DNA from: Escherichia coli
Lineage (GTDB): Bacteria; Pseudomonadota; Gammaproteobacteria; Enterobacterales; Enterobacteriaceae
Direction: 5' to 3' (one strand)
Length of the DNA: 64,000 nucleotides
NCBI RefSeq assembly: GCF_003334785.1
Contig: NZ_QOWV01000009.1
Of this stretch, positions 24,863 through 37,027 are shown in pieces. How positions within the stretch are numbered: the first letter of the stretch is position 1; each line of letters opens with the position of its first letter. The position numbers and the translations under genes were made by a program. A model generated the notes under the pieces. It did not search any database. It saw only the letters and a list, made by a program, of their open reading frames with translations, and was not told the origin of the DNA.

Positions 24863-26065
24863 ATGCGCATCCTTCACACCTCAGACTGGCATCTCGGCCA
24901 GAACTTCTACAGTAAAAGCCGCGAAGCTGAACATCAGGCTTTTCTTGACTGGCTGCTGGAGACAGCACAAACCCATCAGGTGGATGCGATTATTGTTGCC
25001 GGTGATGTTTTCGATACCGGCTCGCCGCCCAGTTACGCCCGCACGTTATACAACCGTTTTGTTGTCAATTTACAGCAAACTGGCTGTCATCTGGTGGTAC
25101 TGGCAGGAAACCATGACTCGGTCGCCACGCTGAATGAATCGCGCGATATCATGGCGTTCCTCAATACTACCGTGGTCGCCAGCGCCGGACATGCGCCGCA
25201 AATCTTGCCTCGTCGCGACGGGACGCCAGGCGCAGTGCTGTGCCCCATTCCGTTTTTACGTCCGCGTGACATTATTACCAGCCAGGCGGGGCTTAACGGT
25301 ATTGAAAAACAGCAGCATTTACTGGCAGCGATTACCGATTATTACCAACAACACTATGCCGATGCCTGCAAACTGCGCGGCGATCAGCCTCTGCCCATCA
25401 TCGCCACGGGACATTTAACGACCGTGGGGGCCAGTAAAAGTGACGCCGTGCGTGACATTTATATTGGCACGCTGGACGCGTTTCCGGCACAAAACTTTCC
25501 ACCAGCCGACTACATCGCGCTCGGGCATATTCACCGCGCACAGATTATTGGCGGCATGGAACATGTTCGCTATTGCGGCTCCCCCATTCCACTGAGTTTT
25601 GATGAATGCGGTAAGAGTAAATATGTCCATCTGGTGACATTTTCAAACGGCAAATTAGAGAGCGTGGAAAACCTGAACGTACCGGTAACGCAACCCATGG
25701 CAGTGCTGAAAGGCGATCTGGCGTCGATTACCGCACAGCTGGAACAGTGGCGCGATGTATCGCAGGAGCCACCTGTCTGGCTGGATATCGAAATCACTAC
25801 TGATGAGTATCTGCATGATATTCAGCGCAAAATCCAGGCATTAACCGAATCATTGCCTGTCGAAGTATTGCTGGTACGTCGGAGTCGTGAACAGCGCGAG
25901 CGTGTGTTAGCCAGCCAACAGCGTGAAACCCTCAGCGAACTCAGCGTCGAAGAGGTGTTCAATCGCCGTCTGGCACTGGAAGAACTGGATGAATCGCAGC
26001 AGCAACGTCTGCAGCATCTTTTCACCACGACGTTGCATACCCTCGCCGGAGAACACGAAGCATGA
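24863..26065 (+). CDS. sbcD: Nuclease SbcCD subunit D
   Basis: ORF-track frame 24821-26065; start placed at [21 protein letters not shown]... (calcineurin-like phosphoesterase motifs DWHLG, GDVFD, GNHD); 400 aa; stop overlaps the sbcC start by 4 nt. Confidence 0.95.
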   Translation: MRILHTSDWHLGQNFYSKSREAEHQAFLDWLLETAQTHQVDAIIVAGDVFDTGSPPSYARTLYNRFVVNLQQTGCHLVVLAGNHDSVATLNESRDIMAFLNTTVVASAGHAPQILPRRDGTPGAVLCPIPFLRPRDIITSQAGLNGIEKQQHLLAAITDYYQQHYADACKLRGDQPLPIIATGHLTTVGASKSDAVRDIYIGTLDAFPAQNFPPADYIALGHIHRAQIIGGMEHVRYCGSPIPLSFDECGKSKYVHLVTFSNGKLESVENLNVPVTQPMAVLKGDLASITAQLEQWRDVSQEPPVWLDIEITTDEYLHDIQRKIQALTESLPVEVLLVRRSREQRERVLASQQRETLSELSVEEVFNRRLALEELDESQQQRLQHLFTTTLHTLAGEHEA

Positions 26066-29000
26066 AAATTCTCAGCCTGCGCCTGAAAAACCTGAACTCA
26101 TTAAAAGGCGAATGGAAGATTGATTTCACCCGCGAGCCGTTCGCCAGCAACGGGCTGTTTGCTATTACCGGCCCAACAGGTGCGGGGAAAACCACCCTGC
26201 TGGACGCCATTTGTCTGGCGCTGTATCACGAAACTCCGCGTCTCTCTAACGTTTCACAATCGCAAAATGATCTCATGACCCGCGATACCGCCGAATGTCT
26301 GGCGGAGGTGGAGTTTGAAGTGAAAGGTGAAGCGTACCGTGCATTCTGGAGCCAGAATCGGGCGCGTAACCAACCCGACGGTAATTTGCAGGTGCCACGC
26401 GTAGAGCTGGCGCGCTGCGCCGACGGCAAAATTCTCGCCGACAAAGTGAAAGATAAGCTGGAACTGACAGCGACGTTAACCGGGCTGGATTACGGGCGCT
26501 TCACCCGTTCGATGCTGCTTTCGCAGGGGCAATTTGCTGCCTTCCTGAATGCCAAACCCAAAGAACGCGCGGAATTGCTCGAGGAGTTAACCGGCACTGA
26601 AATCTACGGGCAAATCTCGGCGATGGTTTTTGAGCAGCACAAATCGGCCCGCACAGAGCTGGAGAAGCTGCAAGCGCAGGCCAGCGGCGTCACGTTGCTC
26701 ACGCCGGAACAAGTGCAATCGCTGACAGCGAGTTTGCAGGTACTTACTGACGAAGAAAAACAGTTAATTACCGCGCAGCAGCAAGAACAACAATCGCTAA
26801 ACTGGTTAACGCGTCAGGACGAATTGCAGCAAGAAGCCAGCCGCCGTCAGCAGGCCTTGCAACAGGCGTTAGCCGAAGAAGAAAAAGCGCAACCTCAACT
26901 GGCGGCGCTTAGTCTGGCACAACCGGCACGAAATCTTCGTCCACACTGGGAACGCATCGCAGAACACAGCGCGGCGCTGGCGCATATTCGCCAGCAGATT
27001 GAAGAAGTAAATACTCGCTTACAGAGCACAATGGCGCTTCGCGCGAGCATTCGCCACCACGCGGCGAAGCAGTCAGCAGAATTACAGCAGCAGCAACAAA
27101 GCCTGAATACCTGGTTACAGGAACACGACCGCTTCCGTCAGTGGAACAACGAACCGGCGGGTTGGCGTGCGCAGTTCTCCCAACAAACCAGCGATCGCGA
27201 GCATCTGCGGCAATGGCAGCAACAGTTAACCCATGCTGAGCAAAAACTTAATGCGCTTGCGGCGATCACGTTGACGTTAACCGCCGATGAAGTTGCTACC
27301 GCCCTGGCGCAACATGCTGAGCAACGCCCACTGCGTCAGCACCTGGTCGCGCTGCATGGACAGATTGTTCCCCAACAAAAACGTCTGGCGCAGTTACAGG
27401 TCGCTATCCAGAATGTCACGCAAGAACAGACGCAACGTAACGCCGCACTTAACGAAATGCGCCAGCGTTATAAAGAAAAGACGCAGCAACTTGCCGATGT
27501 GAAAACCATTTGCGAGCAGGAAGCGCGCATCAAAACGCTGGAAGCTCAACGTGCACAGTTACAGGCGGGTCAGCCTTGCCCACTTTGTGGTTCCACCAGC
27601 CACCCGGCGGTCGAGGCGTATCAGGCGCTGGAGCCTGGCGTTAATCAGTCTCGATTACTGGCGCTGGAAAACGAAGTTAAAAAGCTCGGTGAAGAAGGTG
27701 CGACGCTACGTGGGCAACTGGACGCCATAACAAAGCAGCTTCAGCGTGATGAAAACGAAGCGCAAAGCCTCCGACAAGATGAGCAAGCACTTACTCAACA
27801 ATGGCAAGCCGTCACGGCCAGCCTCAATATCACCTTGCAGCCACTGGACGATATTCAACCGTGGCTGGATGCACAAGATGAGCACGAACGCCAGCTGCGG
27901 TTACTCAGCCAACGGCATGAATTACAAGGGCAGATTGCCGCGCATAATCAGCAAATTATCCAGTATCAACAGCAAATTGAACAACGCCAGCAACTACTTT
28001 TAACGACATTGACGGGTTATGCACTGACATTGCCACAGGAAGATGAAGAAGAGAGCTGGTTGGCGACACGTCAGCAAGAAGCGCAGAGCTGGCAGCAACG
28101 CCAGAACGAATTAACCGCGCTGCAAAACCGTATTCAGCAGCTGACGCCGATTCTGGAAACGTTGCCGCAAAGTGATGAACTCCCGCACTGCGAAGAAACT
28201 GTGGTATTGGAAAACTGGCGGCAGGTACATGAACAATGTCTCGCATTACACAGCCAGCAGCAGACGTTACAGCAACAGGATGTTCTGGCGGCGCAAAGTC
28301 TGCAAAAAGCCCAGGCGCAGTTTGACACCGCGCTACAGGCCAGCGTCTTTGACGATCAGCAGGCGTTCCTTGCGGCGCTAATGGATGAACAAACACTAAC
28401 GCAGCTGGAACAGCTCAAGCAGAATCTGGAAAACCAGCGCCGTCAGGCGCAAACTCTGGTCACTCAGACAGCAGAAACGCTGGCACAGCATCAACAACAC
28501 CGACCTGACGACGGGTTGGCTCTCACTGTGACGGTGGAGCAGATTCAGCAAGAGTTAGCGCAAACTCACCAAAAGTTGCGTGAAAACACCACGAGTCAAG
28601 GCGAGATTCGCCAGCAGCTGAAGCAGGATGCAGATAACCGTCAGCAACAACAAACCTTAATGCAGCAAATTGCTCAAATGACGCAGCAGGTTGAGGACTG
28701 GGGATATCTGAATTCGCTAATAGGTTCCAAAGAGGGCGATAAATTCCGCAAGTTTGCCCAGGGGCTGACGCTGGATAATTTAGTCCATCTCGCTAATCAG
28801 CAACTTACCCGGCTGCACGGGCGCTATCTGTTACAGCGCAAAGCCAGCGAGGCGCTGGAAGTCGAGGTTGTTGATACCTGGCAGGCAGATGCGGTACGCG
28901 ATACCCGTACCCTTTCCGGCGGCGAAAGTTTCCTCGTTAGTCTGGCGCTGGCGCTGGCGCTTTCGGATCTGGTCAGCCATAAAACACGTATTGACTCGCT

Positions 29001-29208
29001 GTTCCTTGATGAAGGTTTTGGCACGCTGGATAGCGAAACGCTGGATACCGCCCTTGATGCGCTGGATGCCCTGAACGCCAGTGGCAAAACCATCGGTGTG
29101 ATTAGCCACGTAGAAGCGATGAAAGAGCGTATTCCGGTGCAGATCAAAGTGAAAAAGATCAACGGCCTGGGCTACAGCAAACTGGAAAGTACGTTTGCAG
29201 TGAAATAA
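26062..29208 (+). CDS. sbcC: Nuclease SbcCD subunit C (SMC-like ATPase)
   Basis: 1048-aa ORF with N-terminal Walker A (GPTGAGKTT), long Q-rich coiled coil, central CxxC hook (PCPLCGS) and C-terminal signature/Walker B region ([17 protein letters not shown]...[11 protein letters not shown]). Confidence 0.96.
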   Translation: MKILSLRLKNLNSLKGEWKIDFTREPFASNGLFAITGPTGAGKTTLLDAICLALYHETPRLSNVSQSQNDLMTRDTAECLAEVEFEVKGEAYRAFWSQNRARNQPDGNLQVPRVELARCADGKILADKVKDKLELTATLTGLDYGRFTRSMLLSQGQFAAFLNAKPKERAELLEELTGTEIYGQISAMVFEQHKSARTELEKLQAQASGVTLLTPEQVQSLTASLQVLTDEEKQLITAQQQEQQSLNWLTRQDELQQEASRRQQALQQALAEEEKAQPQLAALSLAQPARNLRPHWERIAEHSAALAHIRQQIEEVNTRLQSTMALRASIRHHAAKQSAELQQQQQSLNTWLQEHDRFRQWNNEPAGWRAQFSQQTSDREHLRQWQQQLTHAEQKLNALAAITLTLTADEVATALAQHAEQRPLRQHLVALHGQIVPQQKRLAQLQVAIQNVTQEQTQRNAALNEMRQRYKEKTQQLADVKTICEQEARIKTLEAQRAQLQAGQPCPLCGSTSHPAVEAYQALEPGVNQSRLLALENEVKKLGEEGATLRGQLDAITKQLQRDENEAQSLRQDEQALTQQWQAVTASLNITLQPLDDIQPWLDAQDEHERQLRLLSQRHELQGQIAAHNQQIIQYQQQIEQRQQLLLTTLTGYALTLPQEDEEESWLATRQQEAQSWQQRQNELTALQNRIQQLTPILETLPQSDELPHCEETVVLENWRQVHEQCLALHSQQQTLQQQDVLAAQSLQKAQAQFDTALQASVFDDQQAFLAALMDEQTLTQLEQLKQNLENQRRQAQTLVTQTAETLAQHQQHRPDDGLALTVTVEQIQQELAQTHQKLRENTTSQGEIRQQLKQDADNRQQQQTLMQQIAQMTQQVEDWGYLNSLIGSKEGDKFRKFAQGLTLDNLVHLANQQLTRLHGRYLLQRKASEALEVEVVDTWQADAVRDTRTLSGGESFLVSLALALALSDLVSHKTRIDSLFLDEGFGTLDSETLDTALDALDALNASGKTIGVISHVEAMKERIPVQIKVKKINGLGYSKLESTFAVK

Positions 29209-29333
29209 CTATTCAGCAGGATAATGAATACAGAGGGGCGAATTATCTCTTGGCCTTGCTGGTCGTTATCCTGCAAGCTATCACTTTATTGGCTACGGTG
29301 ATTGGTAGCCGTTCTGGTGGTTGTGATGGTGGT

Positions 29334-30518
29334 ATGAAAAAAGTCATTTTATCTTTGGCTCTGGGCACGTTTGGTTTGGGGATGGCCGAATTTGGCATTA
29401 TGGGCGTGCTCACGGAGCTGGCGCATAACGTAGGAATTTCGATTCCTGCCGCCGGGCATATGATCTCGTATTATGCACTGGGGGTGGTGGTCGGTGCGCC
29501 AATCATCGCACTCTTTTCCAGCCGCTACTCACTCAAACATATCTTGTTGTTTCTGGTGGCGTTGTGCGTCATTGGCAACGCCATGTTCACGCTCTCTTCG
29601 TCTTACCTGATGCTCGCCATTGGTCGGCTGGTATCCGGCTTTCCGCATGGCGCATTTTTTGGCGTCGGAGCGATCGTGTTATCAAAAATTATCAAACCCG
29701 GAAAAGTCACCGCCGCCGTGGCGGGGATGGTTTCCGGGATGACAGTCGCCAATTTGCTGGGCATTCCGCTGGGAACGTATTTAAGTCAGGAATTTAGCTG
29801 GCGTTACACCTTTTTATTGATCGCTGTTTTTAATATTGCGGTGATGGCATCGGTCTATTTTTGGGTGCCAGATATTCGCGACGAGGCGAAAGGAAATCTG
29901 CGCGAACAATTTCACTTTTTGCGCAGCCCGGCCCCGTGGTTAATTTTCGCCGCCACGATGTTTGGCAACGCAGGTGTGTTTGCCTGGTTCAGCTACGTAA
30001 AGCCATACATGATGTTTATTTCCGGTTTTTCGGAAACGGCGATGACCTTTATTATGATGTTAGTTGGGCTAGGGATGGTGCTGGGAAATATGCTAAGTGG
30101 CAGGATTTCAGGACGTTATTCACCACTGCGCATTGCAGCAGTGACTGACTTTATAATTGTACTGGCACTGCTGATGCTCTTTTTCTGCGGCGGCATGAAA
30201 ACAACGTCGCTTATTTTTGCTTTTATTTGTTGCGCGGGATTATTTGCCCTTTCAGCACCGCTACAAATATTGTTACTACAAAACGCCAAAGGCGGAGAGT
30301 TATTAGGTGCCGCAGGTGGGCAAATAGCGTTTAACCTCGGTAGCGCCGTCGGCGCATATTGCGGAGGTATGATGCTGACGCTGGGACTGGCATATAATTA
30401 CGTGGCGCTGCCTGCCGCCCTGCTTTCGTTTGCTGCGATGTCGTCGTTGCTGCTGTATGGTCGCTATAAGCGCCAGCAAGCGGCGGATACTCCGGTGCTG
30501 GCGAAACCACTGGGGTAG
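29334..30518 (+). CDS. araJ: MFS transporter AraJ
   Basis: ORF-track frame 29250-30518; start placed at MKKVILSLALGTFGLGMAEFGIMGVL... (394 aa), 12-TM MFS protein. Confidence 0.9.
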   Translation: MKKVILSLALGTFGLGMAEFGIMGVLTELAHNVGISIPAAGHMISYYALGVVVGAPIIALFSSRYSLKHILLFLVALCVIGNAMFTLSSSYLMLAIGRLVSGFPHGAFFGVGAIVLSKIIKPGKVTAAVAGMVSGMTVANLLGIPLGTYLSQEFSWRYTFLLIAVFNIAVMASVYFWVPDIRDEAKGNLREQFHFLRSPAPWLIFAATMFGNAGVFAWFSYVKPYMMFISGFSETAMTFIMMLVGLGMVLGNMLSGRISGRYSPLRIAAVTDFIIVLALLMLFFCGGMKTTSLIFAFICCAGLFALSAPLQILLLQNAKGGELLGAAGGQIAFNLGSAVGAYCGGMMLTLGLAYNYVALPAALLSFAAMSSLLLYGRYKRQQAADTPVLAKPLG

Positions 30519-30546
30519 GTTATAGTCTCGGTGCTCATTACTTATT

Positions 30547-30768
30547 GCCGGATGCGGCGTGAACGCCTTATCCGCCCTACGCGGTTCTGGCACATTTTGC
30601 AGGCCTGATAAGACGCGGCAAGCGTCGCATCAGGCATCGGAGCACTTATTGCCGGATGCGGCGTGAACGCCTTATCCGGCCTACGGTTCTGGCACCTTTT
30701 GTAGGCCTGATAAGACGCGGCAAGCGTCGCATCAGGCCTGATAAGACGCGGCAAGCGTCGCATCAGGC
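30547..30768. repeat. BIME: tandem REP cluster between araJ and mak
   Basis: Repeated gccggatgcggcgtgaacgccttatccg(g/c)cctac and aggcctgataagacgcggcaagcgtcgcatcaggc units; an approximately 110-bp composite unit is duplicated in tandem with one extra REP copy. Confidence 0.85.
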
Positions 30769-30793
30769 ATGATGCGCCAATTGCCTACGTTTT

Positions 30794-31702
30794 TTACTCT
30801 TGTGGCCATAACCACGCAGCGCCGCGTACGCCGCTGGAATCACCGTGCTTCGCCTTACGCACCGGCGTTTCACATTCGCCGCCGAAGACAAATTGTTTAA
30901 TCAACTGCCCAACCGTTTGATATAAACGGTCTACATTGCTCATCCCGCCCCCCAGGACAATCACATCCGGATCGAGAATATTCACGACATGTGCCAGCGA
31001 TTTTGCCAGCCGCAGCTCGTAGCGACGCAATGCCAGTTCCGCTACCGGATCGCTTTCTTCAACCAGGCGGATAATTTCACTGCCTTTCAGCGCATGTCCG
31101 CTCAAACGACGATAATCCATCGCGAATCCCGTGCCCGAAATAAAGGTTTCAATACAACCTTGTTTACCGCAATAACAAGGGACTTCCTCGCGATAACGCA
31201 GTTCGTCTTCGTCCATCCACGGTAGCGGATTGTGTCCCCACTCACCTGCCGTGCCATTGCCGCCGATATGCGCCCGCCCATTGAATGCCACGCCCGCGCC
31301 GCATCCCGTGCCGATAATCACGGCAAATACCGTCTGCGCTCCCGCTGCCGCGCCATCTACTGCTTCTGAAACCGCCAGACAGTTAGCGTCATTTGCCAGC
31401 CGCACTTCCCGCTGCAACCTCGCGCTTAAGTCTTTATCGAATGGCTGACCGTTGAGCCAGGTTGAATTGGCATTCTTCACCACACCGGTGTAAGGCGAAA
31501 TTGAGCCAGGAATGCCCATACCTACCGTTCCGCGCTGCCCCGTCGCCTGCTCCGCCATATCAACCAACGTGGCGATCGTTTCAATAGTCTGCCGGTAATC
31601 ATCACGCGGCGTGGGCAGACGATGGCGGTACAACTGCTCCCCTGCATCGCCCAGTGCAATCACTTCAGTTTTGGTGCCGCCTAAATCGATACCTATACGC
31701 AC
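30794..31702 (-). CDS. mak: Fructokinase / manno(fructo)kinase, ROK family
   Basis: ORF-track frame 30794-31840; start placed at the GTG giving (M)[24 protein letters not shown]... (302 aa) with the ROK sugar-kinase glycine motif. Confidence 0.9.
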
Positions 31703-31826
31703 GGTACTCTCCTTATTTTTTTCAATATTAATAGCGTAGAGACGGACAACCGGATTGGCAATGCAAGGCCGCCGACAATTCGTTATCATGCCCGCTAAAT
31801 TTAACGACAAGGCCGTGGAAATTATC

Positions 31827-32738
31827 ATGCTGTGGTTCAAAAATTTAATGGTTTACCGTCTTAGCCGCGAGATTTCGCTGCGTGCAGAAGAGATGGAAAA
31901 ACAGCTAGCCTCGATGGCATTTACCCCATGCGGCAGCCAGGACATGGCGAAGATGGGCTGGGTTCCTCCGATGGGATCGCACAGCGATGCGTTAACGCAC
32001 GTTGCCAATGGTCAAATTGTTATCTGCGCGCGCAAAGAAGAAAAAATCCTCCCGTCTCCGGTGATTAAACAGGCGCTGGAAGCGAAAATCGCCAAACTGG
32101 AAGCGGAACAGGCGCGTAAGCTGAAGAAAACCGAAAAAGATTCGCTGAAAGACGAAGTGCTGCACTCTCTGCTGCCGCGTGCTTTCAGCCGTTTTAGCCA
32201 GACAATGATGTGGATCGACACGGTTAACGGTTTGATTATGGTGGACTGCGCCAGTGCCAAAAAAGCGGAAGATACGCTGGCATTACTGCGTAAAAGCCTG
32301 GGGTCGTTACCGGTTGTACCATTGAGCATGGAAAACCCGATTGAACTGACGCTGACCGAATGGGTTCGCTCCGGTAGTGCGGCACAGGGCTTCCAGCTGC
32401 TTGATGAAGCCGAGCTGAAATCGTTGCTGGAAGATGGCGGCGTGATCCGCGCGAAGAAACAAGATCTGACCAGCGAAGAGATCACCAATCACATTGAAGC
32501 CGGAAAAGTGGTGACTAAACTGGCGCTCGACTGGCAGCAGCGCATTCAGTTTGTGATGTGCGACGATGGTTCGCTCAAGCGTCTGAAGTTCTGCGACGAG
32601 CTGCGCGATCAAAACGAAGATATCGACCGTGAAGATTTCGCCCAGCGTTTTGATGCCGATTTCATCCTGATGACTGGTGAACTGGCAGCGTTAATTCAAA
32701 ACCTGATTGAAGGATTAGGTGGCGAAGCACAACGTTAA
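31827..32738 (+). CDS. rdgC: Recombination-associated protein RdgC
   Basis: ORF-track frame 31755-32738; start placed at [29 protein letters not shown]... (303 aa). Confidence 0.93.
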
Positions 32739-32757
32739 TTGCTGATTTTCCTTTAAT

Positions 32758-32790
32758 GCCGGATGCGACGCCTGCCGCGTCTTATCCGGC
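32758..32790. repeat. REP element downstream of rdgC
   Basis: gccggatgcgacgcctgccgcgtcttatccggc, a canonical REP palindrome beginning about 20 nt after the rdgC stop. Confidence 0.7.
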
Positions 32791-32895
32791 GTACGAAGCC
32801 ACACCAGGCATATAATTATTCGCTACGGCGAGCAATAATTTTTAGCGCAGCAATATTATGCGTTTTACGCTGTAACTTGCTCCATGGACGTTGTG

Positions 32896-33177
32896 TCATT
32901 GTTTTTCCTCAAGCCGGTGACGCGCTTCACTGCGAATTTTCCGCGTTGCCCCGGTTTTCACTAAATCACGTAACAGCGAAAGATCGGGTTGTTCGACAAA
33001 TAAGAGTAATGATGGATCCTCTTTTAACCACGCCGTTTTCACATCGGCAGCCAGCTGTGGATTATTAATAGCCAGCGACCGATCCTGAGGCTCAGTCAAT
33101 GTCGTTAACAACAACGCCGGGGTATGTGCGTTGCGCAATGCCGTTTGGCGTAAATGATCATTGCGACTTTGCAGCAA
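32896..33177 (-). CDS. ykiA: Hypothetical small ORF at the position of K-12 ykiA (possible gene remnant)
   Basis: 93-aa ORF MLQSRNDHLRQTALRNAHTPALLL... between rdgC and ppnP; no recognisable domain. The symbol is assigned by position only, recalled from K-12 gene order, and is unverified. Confidence 0.3.
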   Translation of the reverse strand: MLQSRNDHLRQTALRNAHTPALLLTTLTEPQDRSLAINNPQLAADVKTAWLKEDPSLLLFVEQPDLSLLRDLVKTGATRKIRSEARHRLEEKQ

Positions 33178-33384
33178 TGCACGCCACCATTCATCATCTG
33201 ATTTATCTTTTATCGTAGCCAGTTCCGCAACAATATCTGGAGATCTTCACTGATATTTATATCAACCTTGATAAATTATGAATATATCGGAAATTGAAAA
33301 AATCGCAGCAAAGGAAATATTATTATGGGCTAAAGAAAGGATATTTCAGAAAAATGCCCTCCCGTTCAAGGGGAAGGCGAGGAA

Positions 33385-33669
33385 TTACAGATAGCGGCAC
33401 AGATAAGAGGTGGGTTCGGCAACTTGCAGATGAAACTCACTGTGACCGGGAACATTAAACACCGAACCGGCTTCATACACCTGCCAGTCGGTCGCGTCAG
33501 GCAGTAACACATTCAGCGCGCCACTGATTACCGTCATCTCTTCCGGCTCAGCGGTGCTGAAGGTGTATTCGCCTTCAACCATAACACCCACGCTGGCGCG
33601 ACCAGTGCTGCTGCTGGAAAAGCCGATTGATTTCACTTTGCCGGAAAAGTACTCATTACTTTGAAGCAT
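33385..33669 (-). CDS. ppnP: Pyrimidine/purine nucleoside phosphorylase PpnP (YaiE)
   Basis: 94-aa [40 protein letters not shown]... recognised as PpnP. Confidence 0.92.
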
Positions 33670-33740
33670 AAACTGGCCCTGTTTGGTAGTTGAACATCTA
33701 CTTCACTATAGGGGCCAGAGGCGCTGGCTGTCACGCAAAA

Positions 33741-34418
33741 TTACACCAGTAATTCCGCAGCCAGCCGTGCAATCAATACGTTAGACAGCAAGACAGGAAC
33801 ATCGAGCTGTTTTTGCAGTAAATCGCGATGACGTTGGTGAAATCCTAAACAATCCAGCATGATGACATCAGCCCCTTTTGCCAGTAATTCTTTCCCGGCA
33901 TCAATGATTTTTTGTTCTGAATCATGAATGGGGTTACCCAATGAAAATACCGGCGATTTCTGCAAAATTTGCCATTTTTGCGCCTGAACGGGCAGCATCT
34001 CCTCAACCGGAACGATAACCCCCACCTGATGATCTTCAACAATAGAGGAAACCAGTGGAGGCAATATTCGCGACGGCTCAAGAAAGATCGTATTACGCGC
34101 AGTCATACTACTAATGTTTGCTGTACTCATTAATAAAATGACGTCATAACCCTGATTATCGAGCACTTCAACCACACCTTGCAGGTCACGCTCCACTTTG
34201 CGACGCGAAACATGGGCCAGCTGGTTGTCATTTAATAATGTGAGAATGGTGTCTTCGCCTGCTTCTGGCGCGTACTCCGCCATCACTTCTTCACGACTTA
34301 ACTTCCCCAGCAGGCTATGATGGGAAATATTATCTTCGTCAATGTATTCCGTCAGGAGCGGCAAAACTTCCTGCATAGGTACAATGCCGATGGTCAGGAT
34401 CGCCAACGACGCACTCAT
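33741..34418 (-). CDS. aroM: Protein AroM
   Basis: 225-aa [33 protein letters not shown]...; third gene of the aroL-yaiA-aroM operon. Confidence 0.9.
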
Positions 34419-34675
34419 TGTTCATCCACCTTACTTTTCTTTCGTCGTTAATTACCGGGCAAGTGTGAAGCACCACTGCTGACACTTACTTGTGCTACAA
34501 ATGACAAAAAGCGTAGCAGCAGACGTGCACGGCATAATGTAAAGATTCCAAATGATTCCAGTAATGGATTGTTATTGTTTAATATTCTAATTATTAGAAA
34601 AACATGAATTATGAAAAATGTGACGCAGATCCCTTGTAGTGGCACTCAGAATCCCTTCCGAGCAGTCTGATGCGG

Positions 34676-34876
<201 letters not shown>

Positions 34877-34916
34877 TTATTTCACGGGATGAACGTTAAG
34901 TATAGGCGCTCGAAAA

Positions 34917-35441
34917 TCAACAATTGATCGTCTGTGCCAGGGCGCTGCGAATTTCAGAAATCACCTGGCTGGGTTCGTTTGTTGCGTCGATGATAATATG
35001 CGCAACTTCGCGATATAGCGCATCGCGTTCTTCCAGCACTTCCTGAACTTCTTCGCTCAGCGGTTTTCCCGTTAAGGTTGGCCGTAAATCTTCTTCCGGT
35101 GCAGCTTGCAGTCGGTTAACCAGGACTGATACTGGCGCACACAAATAAAACACGATCCCGTTATTTTGCATGAAGTGACGATTAAATTCCGTCAGAATAA
35201 TGCCGCCGCCTGTAGCGATAACGGTGGATGGCGCAGTTACCGCTTCCAGCGCCGCCGTTTCTCTGGCGCGAAATCCCGCCCACTCTTCCCTTTCGACGAT
35301 CTCCGCGACCGTCATATTGAGCTGTGATTGCAACCACTGATCGGTATCGACAAACCGACGGTTAAGCGAATCGGCAAGGGCCATTCCGACCGTTGTTTTA
35401 CCACAGCCCCGAGGCCCGATCAGAAAAAGAGGTTGTGTCAT
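34917..35441 (-). CDS. aroL: Shikimate kinase 2
   Basis: 174-aa [29 protein letters not shown]... with Walker A P-loop (GPRGCGKTT). Confidence 0.95.
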   Translation of the reverse strand: MTQPLFLIGPRGCGKTTVGMALADSLNRRFVDTDQWLQSQLNMTVAEIVEREEWAGFRARETAALEAVTAPSTVIATGGGIILTEFNRHFMQNNGIVFYLCAPVSVLVNRLQAAPEEDLRPTLTGKPLSEEVQEVLEERDALYREVAHIIIDATNEPSQVISEIRSALAQTINC

Positions 35442-35604
35442 CGTGGGTTTTCCCCAATAGGTCGCAATGCGGCGAAAGCCGGTGTCATGAGAATAGCGAT
35501 CATACCATCAAACTAGTACAATTTCGATTGTAAAGAAAAAATTCCACTTAAAGTGAAAATCTCAATACACCCCTTACTATACCAATAAATATTCAAGAAT
35601 GAAG

Positions 35605-35622
35605 TGTAAATAATAAATTACA
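35605..35622. promoter_or_regulatory. Putative TyrR box in the aroL upstream region
   Basis: TGTAAA-taataa-ATTACA fits the TyrR box pattern TGTAAA-N6-TTTACA. A weaker second copy lies near 35529-35546 and an ACTAGTAC TrpR-like half-site near 35512-35519. These sit about 90-180 nt upstream of the aroL start. Sequence-pattern match only. Confidence 0.5.
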
Positions 35623-35623
35623 T

Positions 35624-36082
35624 TTAGCCACGACTACGTTGCACTTCCAGCCACCACTTCTCCAGCTCCGCGGCAAAGGCCTGGCGGTCACGTTGTGAAA
35701 GGCTATCTGGTCCGCCGGTCTGGATCCCACTGGCACGTAAGGTATCCATAAAATCGCGCATCGTCAGGCGCTCACGAATGGTCGCTGGCGTGTAACGTTC
35801 GCCGCGCGGATTAAGCGCCGCAGCGCCTTTCTCGATGGCTTCAGCAGCCAAAGGTATATCTGCGGTGATCACCAAATCGCCCGCTTCACACTGCCGGACA
35901 ATTTCGTTATCGGCAACGTCGAAACCTGCCGCGACGCGCAGCGTACGAATAAATCGCGATGGCGGCACGCGTAAACTCTGGTTTGCTACCAGTACCAGCG
36001 GCATCTGCATACGTTCCGCCGCGCGATACAAAATCTCTTTAATTACATTGGGACACGCGTCGGCATCCACCCAAATTGTCAT
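35624..36082 (-). CDS. yaiI: UPF0178-family protein YaiI
   Basis: ORF-track frame 35624-36202; start placed at [30 protein letters not shown]... (152 aa). Confidence 0.88.
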   Translation of the reverse strand: MTIWVDADACPNVIKEILYRAAERMQMPLVLVANQSLRVPPSRFIRTLRVAAGFDVADNEIVRQCEAGDLVITADIPLAAEAIEKGAAALNPRGERYTPATIRERLTMRDFMDTLRASGIQTGGPDSLSQRDRQAFAAELEKWWLEVQRSRG

Positions 36083-36201
36083 AAAGTCATCCTTTGTTGG
36101 GTAATCCTCTATTGTGTCGCGCTTTTGCCTTCCGGCATAGTTCTGTTTATGCTTCTGCCAGCGATTATCAAAACAATGAATTTCACGGCAGGAGTGAGGC
36201 A

Positions 36202-37011
36202 ATGGAAAAGAAAATCGGTTTTATTGGCTGCGGCAATATGGGAAAAGCCATTCTCGGCGGTCTGATTGCCAGCGGTCAGGTGCTTCCAGGGCAAATCTGG
36301 GTATACACCCCCTCCCCGGATAAAGTCGCCGCCCTGCATGACCAGTTCGGCATCAACGCCGCAGAATCGGCGCAAGAAGTGGCGCAAATCGCCGACATCA
36401 TTTTTGCTGCCGTTAAACCTGGCATCATGATTAAAGTGCTTAGCGAAATCACCTCCAGCCTGAATAAAGACTCTCTGGTCGTTTCTATTGCTGCAGGTGT
36501 CACGCTCGACCAGCTTGCCCGCGCGCTGGGCCATGACCGGAAAATTATCCGCGCCATGCCGAACACTCCCGCACTGGTTAATGCCGGGATGACCTCCGTA
36601 ACGCCAAACGCGCTGGTAACCCCAGAAGATACCGCTGATGTGCTGAATATTTTCCGCTGCTTTGGCGAAGCGGAAGTAATTGCTGAGCCGATGATCCACC
36701 CGGTGGTCGGTGTGAGCGGTTCTTCGCCAGCCTACGTATTTATGTTTATCGAAGCGATGGCCGACGCCGCCGTGCTGGGCGGGATGCCACGCGCCCAGGC
36801 GTATAAATTTGCCGCTCAGGCGGTAATGGGTTCCGCAAAAATGGTGCTGGAAACGGGAGAACATCCGGGGGCACTGAAAGATATGGTCTGCTCACCGGGA
36901 GGCACCACCATTGAAGCGGTACGCGTACTGGAAGAGAAAGGCTTCCGTGCTGCAGTGATCGAAGCGATGACGAAGTGTATGGAAAAATCAGAAAAACTCA
37001 GCAAATCCTGA
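36202..37011 (+). CDS. proC: Pyrroline-5-carboxylate reductase
   Basis: ORF-track frame 36094-37011; start placed at [25 protein letters not shown]... (269 aa) with the N-terminal NAD(P)-binding GxGxxG motif. Confidence 0.95.
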   Translation: MEKKIGFIGCGNMGKAILGGLIASGQVLPGQIWVYTPSPDKVAALHDQFGINAAESAQEVAQIADIIFAAVKPGIMIKVLSEITSSLNKDSLVVSIAAGVTLDQLARALGHDRKIIRAMPNTPALVNAGMTSVTPNALVTPEDTADVLNIFRCFGEAEVIAEPMIHPVVGVSGSSPAYVFMFIEAMADAAVLGGMPRAQAYKFAAQAVMGSAKMVLETGEHPGALKDMVCSPGGTTIEAVRVLEEKGFRAAVIEAMTKCMEKSEKLSKS

Positions 37012-37027
37012 TGACTTTCGCCGGACG

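Noticed and set aside
30303-30763. ORFs translated through REP/BIME clusters (30303-30593, 30542-30763 and 61613-61924)
   Set aside because: They read through palindromic REP repeats and give near-identical peptide segments (e.g. ...DKAFTPHPAIS...), an artefact of the repeats and not coding sequence.
30547-30768. Possible CRISPR array, because of regularly spaced repeats
   Set aside because: The repeats are palindromic REP sequences of variable orientation with conserved rather than unique spacers, and no cas genes are present anywhere in the window.
36109-36864. Long antisense or alternative-frame ORFs inside housekeeping genes (e.g. 895-1572 in ispA, 6085-6708 across nusB/ribE, 13155-13709 in secD, 16127-16669 in queA, 18158-18784 in malZ, 36109-36864 in proC)
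   Set aside because: All are embedded in strongly supported genes on the opposite strand or another frame, are R/H/Q-rich as expected for antisense of GC-rich coding DNA, and have no start context or motifs.
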